Assembly: GCF_963921235.1 (NCBI RefSeq) | Contig: NC_086097.1 | Coordinates: forward strand, 171,990,001-172,054,000 | Source of the DNA: Mobula hypostoma | Lineage: Eukaryota | Direction: 5' to 3' | DNA: 64,000 bases | Shown here: in pieces, positions 1 through 12,094 of the stretch | Layout: every line of letters starts with the position of its first letter | Position numbering within the stretch: position 1 is the stretch's first letter | Program-made: the position numbers and the translations under genes | Notes under the pieces: generated by a model | What the model saw: only the letters and a program-made list of their open reading frames with translations | What the model was told of the DNA's origin: nothing | Database searches by the model: none

Positions 1-124
1 TGGAGCCAGAGTAACCCAATCATGTCACAACATCTTCCTTAAAGATTACTTTGATGTCAGTGATGCCCAAACTCCAGAAACAAAGCATTAAATTACTTTC
101 TCTCTGACTCTGTCATCCCTAAAA

Positions 125-350
125 AATCATATAAATATGCAACTTGAGCTCCTTCACACCAATCTGCACGCGAATTCGGTTAAAAAAGAGTGACTAAATT
201 GTAGCAGTAAACACAGCCAAAAATGAGATAATATGGAGAATGAGCAATTTAAATAAATGCTTGGGCATTTATATCTTGAGCTTCAAGTTTATTCCCAGTC
301 TCACTGTCAAAGAAATGACATTTTGATTGTAGACTAAGGCAAAGAAAAAT
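125..350. repeat. Copy 1 of an old ~230 bp duplicated segment (copy 2 at ~10525-10750)
   Basis: Colinear blocks shared with copy 2, e.g. AGCTCCTTCA..CAATCTGCA, GAGTGACT.AATTGT, TTCCCAGTCTCACTGTCAAAG(A/G)AATGACATT, GACTAAGG. Confidence 0.85.
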
Positions 351-539
351 AAATAAATGATCAACAAACAACCTACCTGAGGACCTCAGCAGATCAAGAC
401 CCTGCTACTGGCTGTCCACAAATTTATGCCTCTCATCATCTTATAAACTTCTAACTGCCACTGCAGAGAAAACAACATCAGTCTGTCTCTCCTTAGTGTA
501 CCCAATATACTTAGCATCTTCCCCTCTCTTTCCCTGTCC

Positions 540-665
540 AAGCATCTGCAGAGGAAAATGGACACAGTGATTTGGACTGACACCCTTCATCTGGATTGAA
601 AGCTTGGAGGAGAGATGATCACTATAAAGAGCGAGGGGAAGGGATGCAGTAAGAGCTGGCAAGTG
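540..665 (-). mobile_element. Degenerate Penelope pseudo-LTR fragment
   Basis: Reverse complement gives CAGATGAAGGGTGTCAGTCCAAA, a decayed form of the 13455 hammerhead motif, beside a pyrimidine-rich tract like 13180-13445. Confidence 0.55.
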
Positions 666-706
666 ATGTACAAATTTTGCAGATGATGGAAATCTTAAGC
701 AGCACG

Positions 707-1154
707 TACCAGCAGTGATTGATAAGTTTGTGGCCTAAGGTAGAAGGAGTCAATTTTAGAAAACCTAGCACATTTATTTTTCAACATAGTCCCCTCCTAC
801 ATTTACACACTTAGACCAGCGGTCGTGGAGCATACGGATCTTGGACCTCCAGAAAGTGTCCACAGCAGGGGTGATTGATAAGTTTGAGGCCTAAGGCAGA
901 AGGAGATGAGTTATACAGCTCTTTTTACATGCACATGCAGGTCAACTCTTTGAGTGATTATGCAGAAAGCTTGAAGTTAATAACTCATCTCCTTCTATCT
1001 TAAGCCACGAACTTATCAATCACACCTGATGGGTTATTAACTTTAAACTTTCTGCATAGTCACTCAAAGAGTTGACCTGTATGTGCATGTAACGAGAACT
1101 GTATAACTCATCTCCTTCTATCTTAGGCCATGAACTTATCAATCACCCCTCGTA
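707..1154. mobile_element. Mariner-derived MITE (coordinates include the flanking TA) inserted in a Penelope-derived element
   Basis: TA-flanked ends TACCAGCAGTGATTGATAAGTTTGTGGCCTAAG and CTTAGGCCATGAACTTATCAATCACCCCTCGTA; removing it restores gcagcacgTAaaattctggagaaactcagcagg. Confidence 0.8.
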
Positions 1155-1321
1155 AAATTCTGGAGAAACTCAGCAGGTCAGGCCACATCAATGGAGGAGA
1201 ATAAACAGTCCTTTTCTGATGAAGGGACTCAGCCAAAGCAGCAGGTGATTATTTTCCTCTTTACTTTCAGCCTGACTTGCTGAGTAACTCCTGCATTCTC
1301 TGTGTGTTGCACAAGTGACAC

Positions 1322-1465
1322 GTGGATCTGGGTGAGGAGGCTTGATAGGTGGATCTGTGTGAGGAGGGGTGATAGGTGGATCTAGGTGAGGAGAGGTGAT
1401 AGGTGGATCTGGATGAGGAGGCTTGATAGGTGGATCTGGGTGAGAATGGGTGATAGGTGGATGAA
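1322..1465. repeat. 27 bp minisatellite, about 5 copies
   Basis: Unit GTGGATCTGGGTGAGGAGG(CTT/GGT)GATAG. Confidence 0.9.
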
Positions 1466-1899
1466 GGAAGGGAGAGTGGAGATAACAAAAGAAGTGGATT
1501 GCTGCATTTCATGATCCCAAGATATTACAAAAGAAGCAATTCAAAATATCAGGACAGTACCATAATTACTCAGGAAAAACATTGAACAATCAGAGGTGTG
1601 TGGGCTATGTTGTAATGGACTTCTATTTTTCTTAATGGTATTGCCGGTGGATGGTGTGGCCAAAACAGCAAAATTTCAAACTAATAATGAAAGGTTTAGG
1701 AGATCACCAGCCCCTCAATGAAATACATCTTGGTTCCATTCAGATCACACAGCAGTGGGTCAAGTTGTTCCAGTGACTACAGTTAATGCTGGTTCCTGGC
1801 ATGGATTATAGTGAGGAGGTTATTGCTCATGGGATCAATGGGTAAACAACTGTGTGATAATCAGATGTTAAGGAGCAAGGACAAGGAGAGTAGTGGTGT

Positions 1900-4560
1900 C
1901 CTCTCCAAATCCATCCTATCTAGTCCTTTCAGCATTTGGTTTCAATGAGATGCCCATGCAATCTTCTAAATTCCAATGTGTACAGGCTCAAAGCTGCCAA
2001 ACGCTCCTCATATGTTAACCCCTTCATTTCCAGAATCATCCTCGTGAACCTCCTCTGGATTCTCTCCAATGATAACACATCTTTTCTGAAATATGGGGCC
2101 CAAAACTGTTGACAATACTCCAAGTGTGGCCTGGCAAGTGTCTTGTAAAGCCTGAGCATTATCTCCTTGATTTTATATTCTATACCCCTTGGAATAAATT
2201 CCCACATTATATTTGCAATCTTTATCATGGACTCAACCTATAAATTAACCTGGCAGTCTTGCACAAGGACTCCTAAGTCCCTCTGCACCTCTGATGTTTG
2301 AATTTTCTCCCTGTGTAGATAACAGTCTGCATCTATATTCCTTTTACCAAAATGCATTATCATACATTTTCCAACACTATATTCCATCTGCCACTTTTTT
2401 GCCTATTCTTCCAATTTGTCTAAGTGCTTCTGCAATTGCATTGCTTCCTCAACACTATCTACCCCTCCACCTATCTTCGTATCATCTGCAAACTTTCCTA
2501 CAAAGCCATCAATTCCATTATCTAAATCACTGACAAACGAAGTGAAAATTAGCAGTCCCCTTATTGACCTTAGAGGAACACCACTAGTCACTGGCAGTCA
2601 ACCAGAAAAGGCCCCTCTTATTCCCATTCACTGCCTCCTACCTCTCAGCCATTCCTCTATCCATGCCAGTATCTTTCCTGTAAAGCCATATGATTTTAAC
2701 TTGTTAAGCAGCCTCACGTGCGGAACCTTAGCAAATGCCTTCTGAAAATCGAAGTAAATGACATCTGTTCCCTCTCCTTTGTCCATCCTTCTTGTTACTT
2801 CCTTGAAGAACTCCAACAGATTTGTCAAGCAAGATTTCCCTTTACAGAAACCATGATGACTTTGTCTTATTTTATCATTAGTTTCCAAGTACCCCAAAAC
2901 TTCATTCTTAATAATGGAATCCAACACTTTCTCAACCACTGGTGTTAGGCTAACTGGCCTATTATTTCCTTTCTTTTGCCTTCCTCCCTTCTTAAAGTGT
3001 GGAGTGACATTTACAATTTTCCAGTCCTCTGGAATTATGCCAAAATCAAGTGATTCTTGAAAGATCATAACCAATGCATCCCTTATCTCTTCAGCAACCT
3101 CTTTCAGAACTCTGGGATGTAGTCCATCTGGTCCAGGTGACTTATCTACCTTCAGACTTTTCAGTTTGCCTAGCACTTTTTCCTTTGTAATAGAAATGGC
3201 ACTCACTTCTGCTCCCTGACATTCACCGACCTCTGGCATGCTGCTAGTGTCTGCCACAGTGAAGACTGAAGCAAGTACTCATTAAGTTCATCTGCCACTT
3301 CTTTGTCCCCAATTACTACATCACCAGCATCATTTTCCAGTGAAACACACACAAAATGCTGGAGAAACTCAGCAGTCCAGGCAGCATCTATGGAAAAAAG
3401 TCCAGGTCGACATTTCGGCCTGGCCCGCTGAGTTCCTCCAGCATTTTGTGTGTGTTGCTCGTATTTCCAGCATCTGCAGGCTTACTCTTTTTTTCCATTT
3501 TCCAATGGTCTGATATCAGCTCTCACCTCCCTTTTATTCTTTATATAACTGAAAACACTTTTGGTATCCTGTTTTATATTATTGGGTAGTTTGCCCTTCT
3601 TATGGCTTTCTTAGTTGCTTTTTGTTGGAGTTTAAAACTTCCCAATCATCCAACTCCCCACTCACTTTTGCTACATTATATGCCCTTTCCTTGGGTTTTA
3701 CGCAGTCCTTAACTTCCTTTGTCAGCCACACTTGCCTATCCCTGCCATTTGAGAACAACTTCTTCTGTGGGACATATCTAACCAACACTTTGTGAACTAT
3801 TCCCAGAAACTTCAGCCATCTCTGCTCTGACATCATCCCCACCAGTATCCTCCTCCAATCCACCTGGGCAAGCTCCTCTCTCTTGCCTCTGTAGTTCCCT
3901 TTATTCTATTGTGATACTGATACATGCAATTTATGCTTCTCCCTCTCAAACTGCAGTATGAATTCAATCATATTATGATTACTGCCTCCTAAGGGTTCCT
4001 TTACATTAAACTGCCTAATAAGATCTGAGTTATTACACAATACCCATTCTAAGATAGCCTTTCCACGAGTAGGCTCAAGCACAATCTACTTGAAAAAGCC
4101 ATTTTGTAAGTATTAAACAAATTCCCTCTTCTTGTGATCCGGCACCAACCTAACTTTCCCATTCCCCTTGCATATTGAAGTCCCCCATTACAATTGTGAC
4201 ATGCCTTTTCCAACTCCCTTTGCAATCTCAACCTCATAGCTTGTCTACTCTTTGGAGGCCTATATATGATTCCCATTATAGTTTTTTTACCCTTGCAGGT
4301 TCACCCACAAAGATTCAACATTCTCTGACCCTACTTCTTTCTAAAGAAGTAATTCCATCTCTTACCAACAGAGTCACACCACCATCTATGCCTTCCTGCC
4401 TTTCCTTTTGATACAAAGTATATCCTTTGATATTAAGCTCCCAACTATGGCCTTCTTTCAGCCACGACTCACTGATGCCCACAACGTCATACTGACCACA
4501 AGTTCATCCACCTTATTCCAAATGCTTTGCACTTTAATTACAGCACCTTCAATCCTGCAT
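1900..4560 (-). mobile_element. CR1 LINE, decayed ORF2 (endonuclease and RT)
   Basis: GIIYRPP, KSPGPDGLHPRVLKE, CLTNLLEFF, YFDFQKAF, KFADDTK, RPHLEYCQQFWAP; many stops and frameshifts. Confidence 0.95.
3343..3490. mobile_element. Short inverted-repeat element derived from a Penelope pseudo-LTR, inserted in CR1
   Basis: ACACACACAAAATGCTGGAGAAACTCAGC and GCTGAGTTCCTCCAGCATTTTGTGTGTGT are inverted; homologous to 13500-13570; flanking CR1 text (ttttcca) resumes on both sides. Confidence 0.75.
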
Positions 4561-4565
4561 TCTTC

Positions 4566-5930
4566 AGTAGATAGCGGGCCTCTGGAAAAGGTGCTGGAGC
4601 AGTAGTAATAGGGTTCAAGGAAATAGCTGACAAACTAAATAAATACTTCACATTTATCTTCACTGTGGAATACACTAGCAGTATGCCAGAAGTTCAAGGA
4701 GCATCAAGGGCAGAAGTGTTTGCAATTGCTATTGCTATTATAGAAGGTGCTTGGGAAGTTGAGAGGTCTGAAGGTGGATATGTCACCTGGATGAGACAGA
4801 CTACATCCAGGGTTCTGAACAAGGTTACTGGGGAAAACGCTGAGGCATAGGTAATGATCTTTCAAGAATCACTAGGTTCTGGTGTGGTTCCAGGGAACTG
4901 AAAAATTGCAAATGCCATTCCACTGTTCAAGAAGGGACTAAGGCAGATGAAAGGAAATTATAGGCCAGTTAGCCTGACCACAGTGATTGGGCAGATGTTG
5001 GATTCGATTGTTAAGGATGAGGTCTCAGGACACGTAGAGGTACATGATGAAATCGGCCGTAGTCAGCATGGTTTCCATAAGGGAAAACTTTACCTGACAA
5101 ATCTGTTGGATTTCTTTGAAGAAATAACAAGAAGAATCGCTGGATGTTGTGTCCTTCAGCTTTCAGAGGGCTTTTGATAAGGTGCCATTATGAGACTGTT
5201 TAGCAAGATAAGAGCCCATAGTATTACAGCAAAGATACTAACATGGATAGAACATTGGCTGATTGGCAGGAGGCAAAGAATGGGAATAAAAGGAAACCAT
5301 TCTGGTTGGCTGCCAGTGACTAATGCTGTTCTGCAGATGTCGGTGTTGGGACTTATTCATTTTACATTATATAACAGAGAAGGAGAAGCTAGGAAAGTTG
5401 GCACGAGTGGTTTTTGCAGGCCCAGGCAACTTCTACCAGTTGGGCCATGAAACAGTTTATTCTTCACAAGGATTATTCCGCAACTGAAGGGGTTAACATA
5501 TGGGGACTGTTTGGCAGTTTTGGGCCTGTACTCACTGGAATTTAGAAGAATGCAGGTGGGGGGGGGGGATCTCACTGAAACCTACCAAATGTTGAAAGAA
5601 CTAGATAAGGTGGATGTGGAGAAGATGTCTCCTATGGTGGGGGTGTCCAGAACTAGAGGGCACAACCTCAAAATTGAGGGGCGACCTTTTAGAACAGAAG
5701 TAAGGAGGAATTTTTTTAGCCAGAGAGAAATGAATCTGTGGGATGCTCTGCCACAGACTGCAGTGGAGGCCAAGTCTGTAGGTGTATGTAAAGTGGAAGT
5801 TGATAGTTTCCAGATGGGTCAGGGCATCAAAGGATATGGCAAGAAGGCAGGTGTATGGGGTTGAGTGGGATCCAGAATCAGCTATGATAGAATGGCCTAA
5901 TTCTGCTCCTTTGTCTTATAGTCTTATGGT
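4566..5930 (+). mobile_element. CR1 3' half (RT and 3' tail), inverted relative to its 5' half at 5933-6555
   Basis: KGNYRPVSLT, LTNLLDFFE, TRGHNLK, RRNFFSQR; ends in TCTTATAGTCTTATGGT tail. Confidence 0.9.
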
Positions 5931-5932
5931 TT

Positions 5933-6555
5933 TACTCTCACCTCTCTTTTACTCTTTAATATCAGAAATAACTTTTGCTATCCTGTTTAACATTATTTGT
6001 TAGTTTATTTTCATATTTCATCTTTTCCCTCCTTATGACTTTTTAGCTGCCTTCCATTGGTTTTTAAAAGCTTCCCAGTCCTCTAACTTCTTACTATTTG
6101 TTATCTTATTATCTACCCTCTCTTTGGCTTTTATGTTGGCTATGACTTCCCTTGTCAGCCACAGTTGCATCATCCTGTCTTTGTGAAGTATCTATCCTGC
6201 ACCTTCCAAATCTCTCCCAGAAACTCCAGCTGCTGCTGTTCCGCTGTCATCTCTGCTAGTGTCCCATACTAATTAACTTTGGCCAGCTCCTCTCTCATGC
6301 TTCTACAATTCCCTTTACTCCACCTTAATACTGATATATCTGATTTTAGCTTCTTCTTCTCAAATTGCAAGGTGAAGTCTATCATATTATGACCACTGTC
6401 TTCTCATGGTTCCTTTACCTTAAGTTCCCTAATCAAATCCAGTTCATGACACAACACCCAATCCAGAATAGCCTTTCCCATAGTGGGAATCTAATAGGTA
6501 TTCTACAAATTCTTGCTCTTGGGATGCAGCACCAACCTAATTTTCCTAATCTACC
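5933..6555 (-). mobile_element. CR1 ORF2 middle fragment
   Basis: Colinear with 3520-4150 of the neighbouring CR1; its 3' edge continues into the 4566 fragment. Confidence 0.85.
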
Positions 6556-7439
6556 TGTATATCTTGGTACATGTGACAATAAAAAAACAATGCCAATACC
6601 AATACCATCACGATATTGAATGGTGGGGCAGGTTTGGTGTACCTGTTGGTCAATTTCTGCTTCTGCTTTTCTTGGTGATATGACCAGCACCAATAGGATA
6701 GTCTGCTTGGCCAAGGCCATTCTGCTCCTTGTGGCTATTGTGCCTTTCACTATGATTATGGGGTTTCTGCTCCAACCCAATATTGTTTGGTTCTCTAACA
6801 ATCCATTGTTCTCTGTCTGGGGATACAAAAAACAACATTTGAAAGACAATTGGACAGGTATGTGGATAAGATAGTTTTAGAGGAACTAGGGCCAGACTAG
6901 AGTAAGTGGGATTAATGTAGACAGAACCTTGATCAGCACAGAGAAGCTGGGCTGAAGGACCCGTTTCCATGATGTATATCTCCAGAAATCTGTGAACCTA
7001 TGAGCATACTCAGTAGAAAATTCCAAACATTCACTGCCTTCTGGGTGAAAAAAATTCTCCTCACCTGTGTCCTGAATGGCAGCCATGATCCCCCTTCTCT
7101 AGTATGTTTCAGAGATGGAGACACCATTCAGAAGAATCATCAGCGTTTTGGGTAGATGCCACCATTGCTGTCCTCACAAAATTCCTCCAAACCAACTGGC
7201 AGAATATGTTAAAATAGCGTCAGTGTTCCCACCTTGGCTAATCACCACCCCCTACCCCCATCATCCATGCTCCAGCTCTGTACAACCAGCTCCAATGGAT
7301 TGGAAGGCAAAATGACATTGCCTTTTAGCATTTTTAAACATTATCAGTTTATAATCAAATTGACGTCCAGGGTGACTTGTTTCCAGAACATTCCTGAGGA
7401 TCTTCATAAGCTGACAAAATGCCGTGCAGGGCCATGGGG

Positions 7440-8340
7440 ACATAGAATATAGACCAGTACAGCACAGGAACAGGATTTTTGGCCCATTAAGTTGTACTGA
7501 ACTGATTAAAGTTGTAATTAAATGCCTCCTAAACTAGTCCCTTTTGTCTATATTTCTCCAATCCCTGCACATTCATGTCCCTATCAAAGATCCTCTTAAA
7601 TGCTTCTATTGTACTTGTATCCACATCAACATCTGGTAGCACATTCCTGGTACCCACCACTCTCTGTGTAAAAAAGATCTTGCTACATACAACTCCTTGA
7701 ACCTACGTCCTCTCACTTTAAATGCATTTGGTCTGGTATTAGATGTTTCAGCCTTGGGAAAAGATTATTGACTGTCTATGTATGCCTCTTATAATCCTAT
7801 AAACCTCTATTAGGCTTTCCATCAGCCTTTGAAGCTTCAGAAGAAGCAACTTAAGTTTGTCAAACCTCTCCACATAGCTCATGCCCTTTAATCCAGGCAA
7901 TATTCTGGTGAACCAGAGGTTGGAGAGTCCAAAGGTCAAAAGCCAGTTTGGAAAGTTCAGATGCCAAAGTCATAAGGTCCACAAGTCTAGAGGTTGGGGG
8001 CAACCTGTCCTGGGTGAGGGAGTGGGAAAGGGCTTTGTTTTGCTGTTGTTGTTTGTTGTATGTTGGCTATGTGTTGTTCTGCTGAACATGGTGGGTATGC
8101 TGTGGTGAACATGCTGTGTTGGCACCAGAATATGTGTTGGCACTTGTGGGCAACCACCAGCACATCCTCAGATTGTGTTGGTTGTTAATGCAAATGATGC
8201 ATTTCACTGTATGTTTCATTATACATGTGATTAATAAATACATCTAATCCTCTTGTCCACCCTCTCCAAAGCCTCCATCCCCTTCCTGTAATGGGGTGAT
8301 CAGAATTGAATGCAATATTCCAGATGCAGCCAAACCAGGA
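7440..8340 (-). mobile_element. CR1 3' fragment interrupted by a + strand retroposon 3' end (~7915-8245)
   Basis: ILPGLKGMSYVERFDKL..LIEVYRIIRG; insert ends in TGCATTTCACTGTATGTTTC..CATGTGA, also seen reversed near 37360-37410. Confidence 0.7.
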
Positions 8341-8885
8341 GAGGCAGGTGGTTCTTGATGGCTGGGAGATGGGTGTTGGACATAATGAATTGCATGATCG
8401 GACACTTTGTAAATGACTTCTGTGCTCTAAGGTAGGTGTTCATCACCACAGAAACTTGCATTTACCCATTGCCACATCTATCACTCTGCAGACAGAGCAA
8501 AGAGCAGCCCAGGGCACCACTCAGGAAAATTACCCAGGCATATTCATCATGCAGTGCGTGCAAATATTCAAGCAGTAGATGAAAATCTTTGTGAATGGTC
8601 CTGTTTTTTTTGTGATGTCTAAAAAGAAGACAGATGTCAAAATTTAAGAAGGGAATTCTCTCTCCTGGACAGCTGGAATAACTTGGCTATTAACTCTCTA
8701 TGGGTGGTTTTCTTTTGTATTTGAAAGTTTAAAATTTTACAGCAGGCGGGAGTTATGGAACCAGGCCCTTTGTTTTAACCTATCCTTGCTGAACAAGATG
8801 CCCATCTAAGCGAATCGCATTTCTGTGGGTTTGGCCCATATACCGCTTTCCTATCCATGTACCTGTCAAAGTACCTTTTAAATGT

Positions 8886-9475
8886 TAGACCATAAGACCA
8901 TAAGACATAGAAACAGAATTAGGCCATTTGCCCTATTGAACTAACCCTGCTTTCGATGATGGCTGATTTATTTTCCCTCTCTACCCCATTCTCTTGCTTT
9001 TTCTCCATAATCTTGGATGCCCTTACTAATCAAGAACCCATCCACCTCTGCTTTAAGCATACACAATTACTTTGCCTCTACAGCTGTCTATGGCAAGAAT
9101 TTCACAGTTTCACCATCCACTAGCTAAAGAAATTCCTCCTCCTCTCTTTTCTAAAAGGATATTTTTCAATTCTGACATTGTGCCCTCTAATCCTAGACTC
9201 ACCCACTATTTGAAACATTTGCTGCATATCCATCCTGTCTAGGCTCTTCAATGTTCGGCAGGTTTCAATGAGACCCCTCCTCATTCTTTTGGACTCCAGT
9301 GAGTACAGGCCCAGAGTTATCAAACACCCCACATGTTAACCCCTTCATTCCCAGGATCATTCTCGTAAACCTCCTCTGGGTAAGCTACAATGCCAGTACA
9401 ACTTTTCTTAAACATGAGCCCCGAAACTGCTCTCAAAAATCCAAATACATTTGACCAATGCCTTATAAAATCTCA
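8886..9475 (-). mobile_element. CR1 3' fragment with (TCTTATGG)n tail
   Basis: agaccataagaccataaga tail; LGLYSLESKRMRRGLIE..RRNFFS. Confidence 0.9.
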
Positions 9476-9889
9476 GTTGTTATTGTACCTGCGTCAAACA
9501 TTTCCTCTGACAGCTCAACTCATACATGGACCACCCTCTATGTGAAGAAGTTCTGCTCAGGTCCCTTTTAAATATTTCCCCGCTCACTTTCAACACATAC
9601 ACTCTTTGGAGATGGGAAGGAGGTGGCTGATGCACCAGCTGTGACCAGATCCCAAATGACTTGTATTCAACGACATTCTTCTCCACAGACTTTTCTCTCG
9701 GGGAAGGGTGGGGAAGCATGATTCTGTTGGATCAAACACTCATGGTGATGTAGGCAGAGCCATCCTTCACAAGGCTGGGGACAGGGAGCAACAATTGGTG
9801 TCTGCTGGCCCCGTGTCCATATTGATGCCGTGTCATAAATAAGTGATGGCAAAATAAATGTGACAGTCTGAATAGGCTTTCGTTCTATG

Positions 9890-10200
9890 GCCTCACAGGT
9901 AGACAGGGTAATGGAGAAGGTATTTGACCTGCTGGCTTTCATCACTCAAGGCACCGAGTACAGAAGTTGGGATGTTATGTTTCAGTTGTTGGTGAAGCCA
10001 CACCTGGAGTATTGTGTTTGGTTTTGGGTACCCAATTACAGGAAATACATCATTAAGCTAGAGAGTTCAAAGAAGATTTCTGAAAATGTTATCAGGACTG
10101 GAAGGTCTGAGTTCTAGAAAGAGGTTGGACAAACTAGGTTTTTATTCCTTGGACCATTGGAGACTGAGGGGTGACCTTATAGGGTGTATAAAATCATGCA
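9890..10200 (+). mobile_element. CR1 ORF2 C-terminal fragment
   Basis: EYRSWDVM..LVKPHLEYCVWFW. Confidence 0.85.
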
Positions 10201-10524
10201 CATTGCGGTTGCCATAGCAAGCTGTGATCCATGGGTATTGGTATTAGGTTATTATTGTCACATGTAGCAAAATACAGTGAAAAGTGTGTCTTGCATACTG
10301 TTCATACAGTACAAATTATCTTACAGTACATTGAAAAAAAAGGTAAAAAAAAATACAATGTGTAATAAAGTGTAAAAGCTACCTAGAGATTATAATACGC
10401 ATTAACAATAAAATGCTTAATCATTACGAGGTAGATTGTGAGGCCAAGAGTCCACATTATCATACAAAATGTGCATTCAAGAGTTTGCATGAATGCCTTA
10501 TTTGCATTCTGTGCTATTCAATGG

Positions 10525-10750
10525 CTCTGAATATATATGCAGCTCAAGCTCCTTCATATCAATCTGCATGTGAATATGGTTAAAGGATAGAGTGACTGAA
10601 TTGTTACAGTAGAGACAGCCACCAAATGAAATAATATGGTGAGTAAGCAATCGAAATAAATGTTTGGCATTTATACTTAGGGTTTTAAGTTAATTCCCAG
10701 TCTCACTGTCAAAGGAATGACATTACCACTGTGGACTAAGGAAAACAGAT
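10525..10750. repeat. Copy 2 of the old ~230 bp duplicated segment
   Basis: Same orientation as 125-350, roughly three-quarters identical by eye. Confidence 0.85.
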
Positions 10751-11078
10751 AAAGAACGAGGGTGCAGCTGGATTCATTCTGCCCATTTCTGGTCAAGTTA
10801 CTTGAGAAAGGATGGGAAAGGTTTCAGAAGGAGCAAAAAGTATTTAGTGCAACTCCAATAAATAAAACTACTGGTAACTTGAAACAAAAACTGAAAAACT
10901 GGATACGCTCAGGCAGCTACTGTGGAGAAAGAAAGAGGCCAAAGTCAGGAGAATCTGATGAAAGGTCTTCAACATGAAATGTTAACTCTTTTTCTCTCTC
11001 CACAGATACTGCCAAGTGTTCTTAACCCATTGCCACAGTCATTGAGGATCTCCAGAATATTCAAGTCAGCACCAAGGC

Positions 11079-11503
11079 CAGGGGCGCAGTGCTAGCCAGA
11101 GCACGCCCGGCACCTCTTTAAGAAAAAGGCCGAAATAAACAAGCTAATTAATTAGGTACCGCCCAGGGTGATTTGGGTATCTCAGAAACTGCTGATCTCC
11201 TGGAATTTTTACACACAACAGACTCTGGAGTTTACAAAGAATGGTGCCAAAAACAAAAAAAAATCCAAGAGTGGATTGAACAAGATGTTTTCGCTCACAG
11301 AACAGCCACTTGCTGGATTTTTTTTTTGTTTCTGGCACCATTCTTTGTAAACTCCAGAGTCTGTTGTGCGTAAAAATCCCAGGAGATCAGCAGTTTCTGA
11401 GATACTCAAATCACCCAGGGCGGCACCTAATTAATTAGCTTGTTTATTTCGGCTTTTTTCATAAAGAGGTGCCAGACGCGCTCCAGCTAGCACTGCGCCC
11501 CTG
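11079..11503. mobile_element. hAT-type fold-back MITE whose arms contain Tc1 transposase sequence
   Basis: Ends CAGGGGCGCAGTGCTAG / CTAGCACTGCGCCCCTG; perfect 8 bp TSD ACCAAGGC (11071-11078, 11504-11511); ~190 bp inverted arms encoding SISETADLLGF.RTT.S.VY.EW. Confidence 0.9.
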
Positions 11504-12094
11504 ACCAAGGCTGTGTAGAAGGGTGCTCCCTACCCAATCCTATCCACACAACAGGCCCACCATACACTACCCTAACATGGTTGCAGTGGGGCTGAAACAA
11601 TCTGCAGTGTGCATTTGCCAAGAAGTTCAGCAACATCTTCTCCCCTTCCACCATCAGATTTCTGAATAATCTATGAATCATTACGTCATTATTCCTTTAT
11701 TTGGCACAATTTATTTATTGTTTACTTTACAAGAATTTTAAGTCTTTGCAAATCACGTAAACCAGTGATAATAAACCTGATTCTGATTCTGACTCTGATT
11801 TGGAAGGAGATGCAATGGTCTTTGACAACACTCACAGCAGGTGTAACACAGGATTCCACAGCTGTTCCTCAGAAAGTAAACACTGTGGGTGCACTTTTCT
11901 TTCCGGGGGAGGGTATCGTTGCCTTACTGCTGCTTATGTGCGGTGCGGGGGGACATTGGGGTTCTCACGTTTAATTCGCTCATTCTTTGGGGCACTTCTA
12001 TGTTTTCATGGATGTTTTGTGAAGAAAAATCATTTCAAGATGTATATTGTATACATTTCTCAGACAATAAATTGAACCTTTGAACCAGTTGTTT

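Noticed and set aside
1322..1465. CRISPR-like array
   Set aside because: No unique spacers, no cas genes, eukaryotic context
1267..1512. 81 aa ORF with RSTY repeats
   Set aside because: Product of the 27 bp minisatellite
6600..6810. Hydrophobic 84 aa ORF or RTE fragment
   Set aside because: Non-ATG start, no splice support, similarity too weak to call
10500..10507. Octamer ATTTGCAT near a TATA-like run (immunoglobulin-type promoter)
   Set aside because: Expected by chance in 64 kb (another near 23095); no V exon or recombination signal seen
11144..11409. Four overlapping 60-66 aa ORFs on both strands
   Set aside because: Mirror images from the fold-back MITE arms
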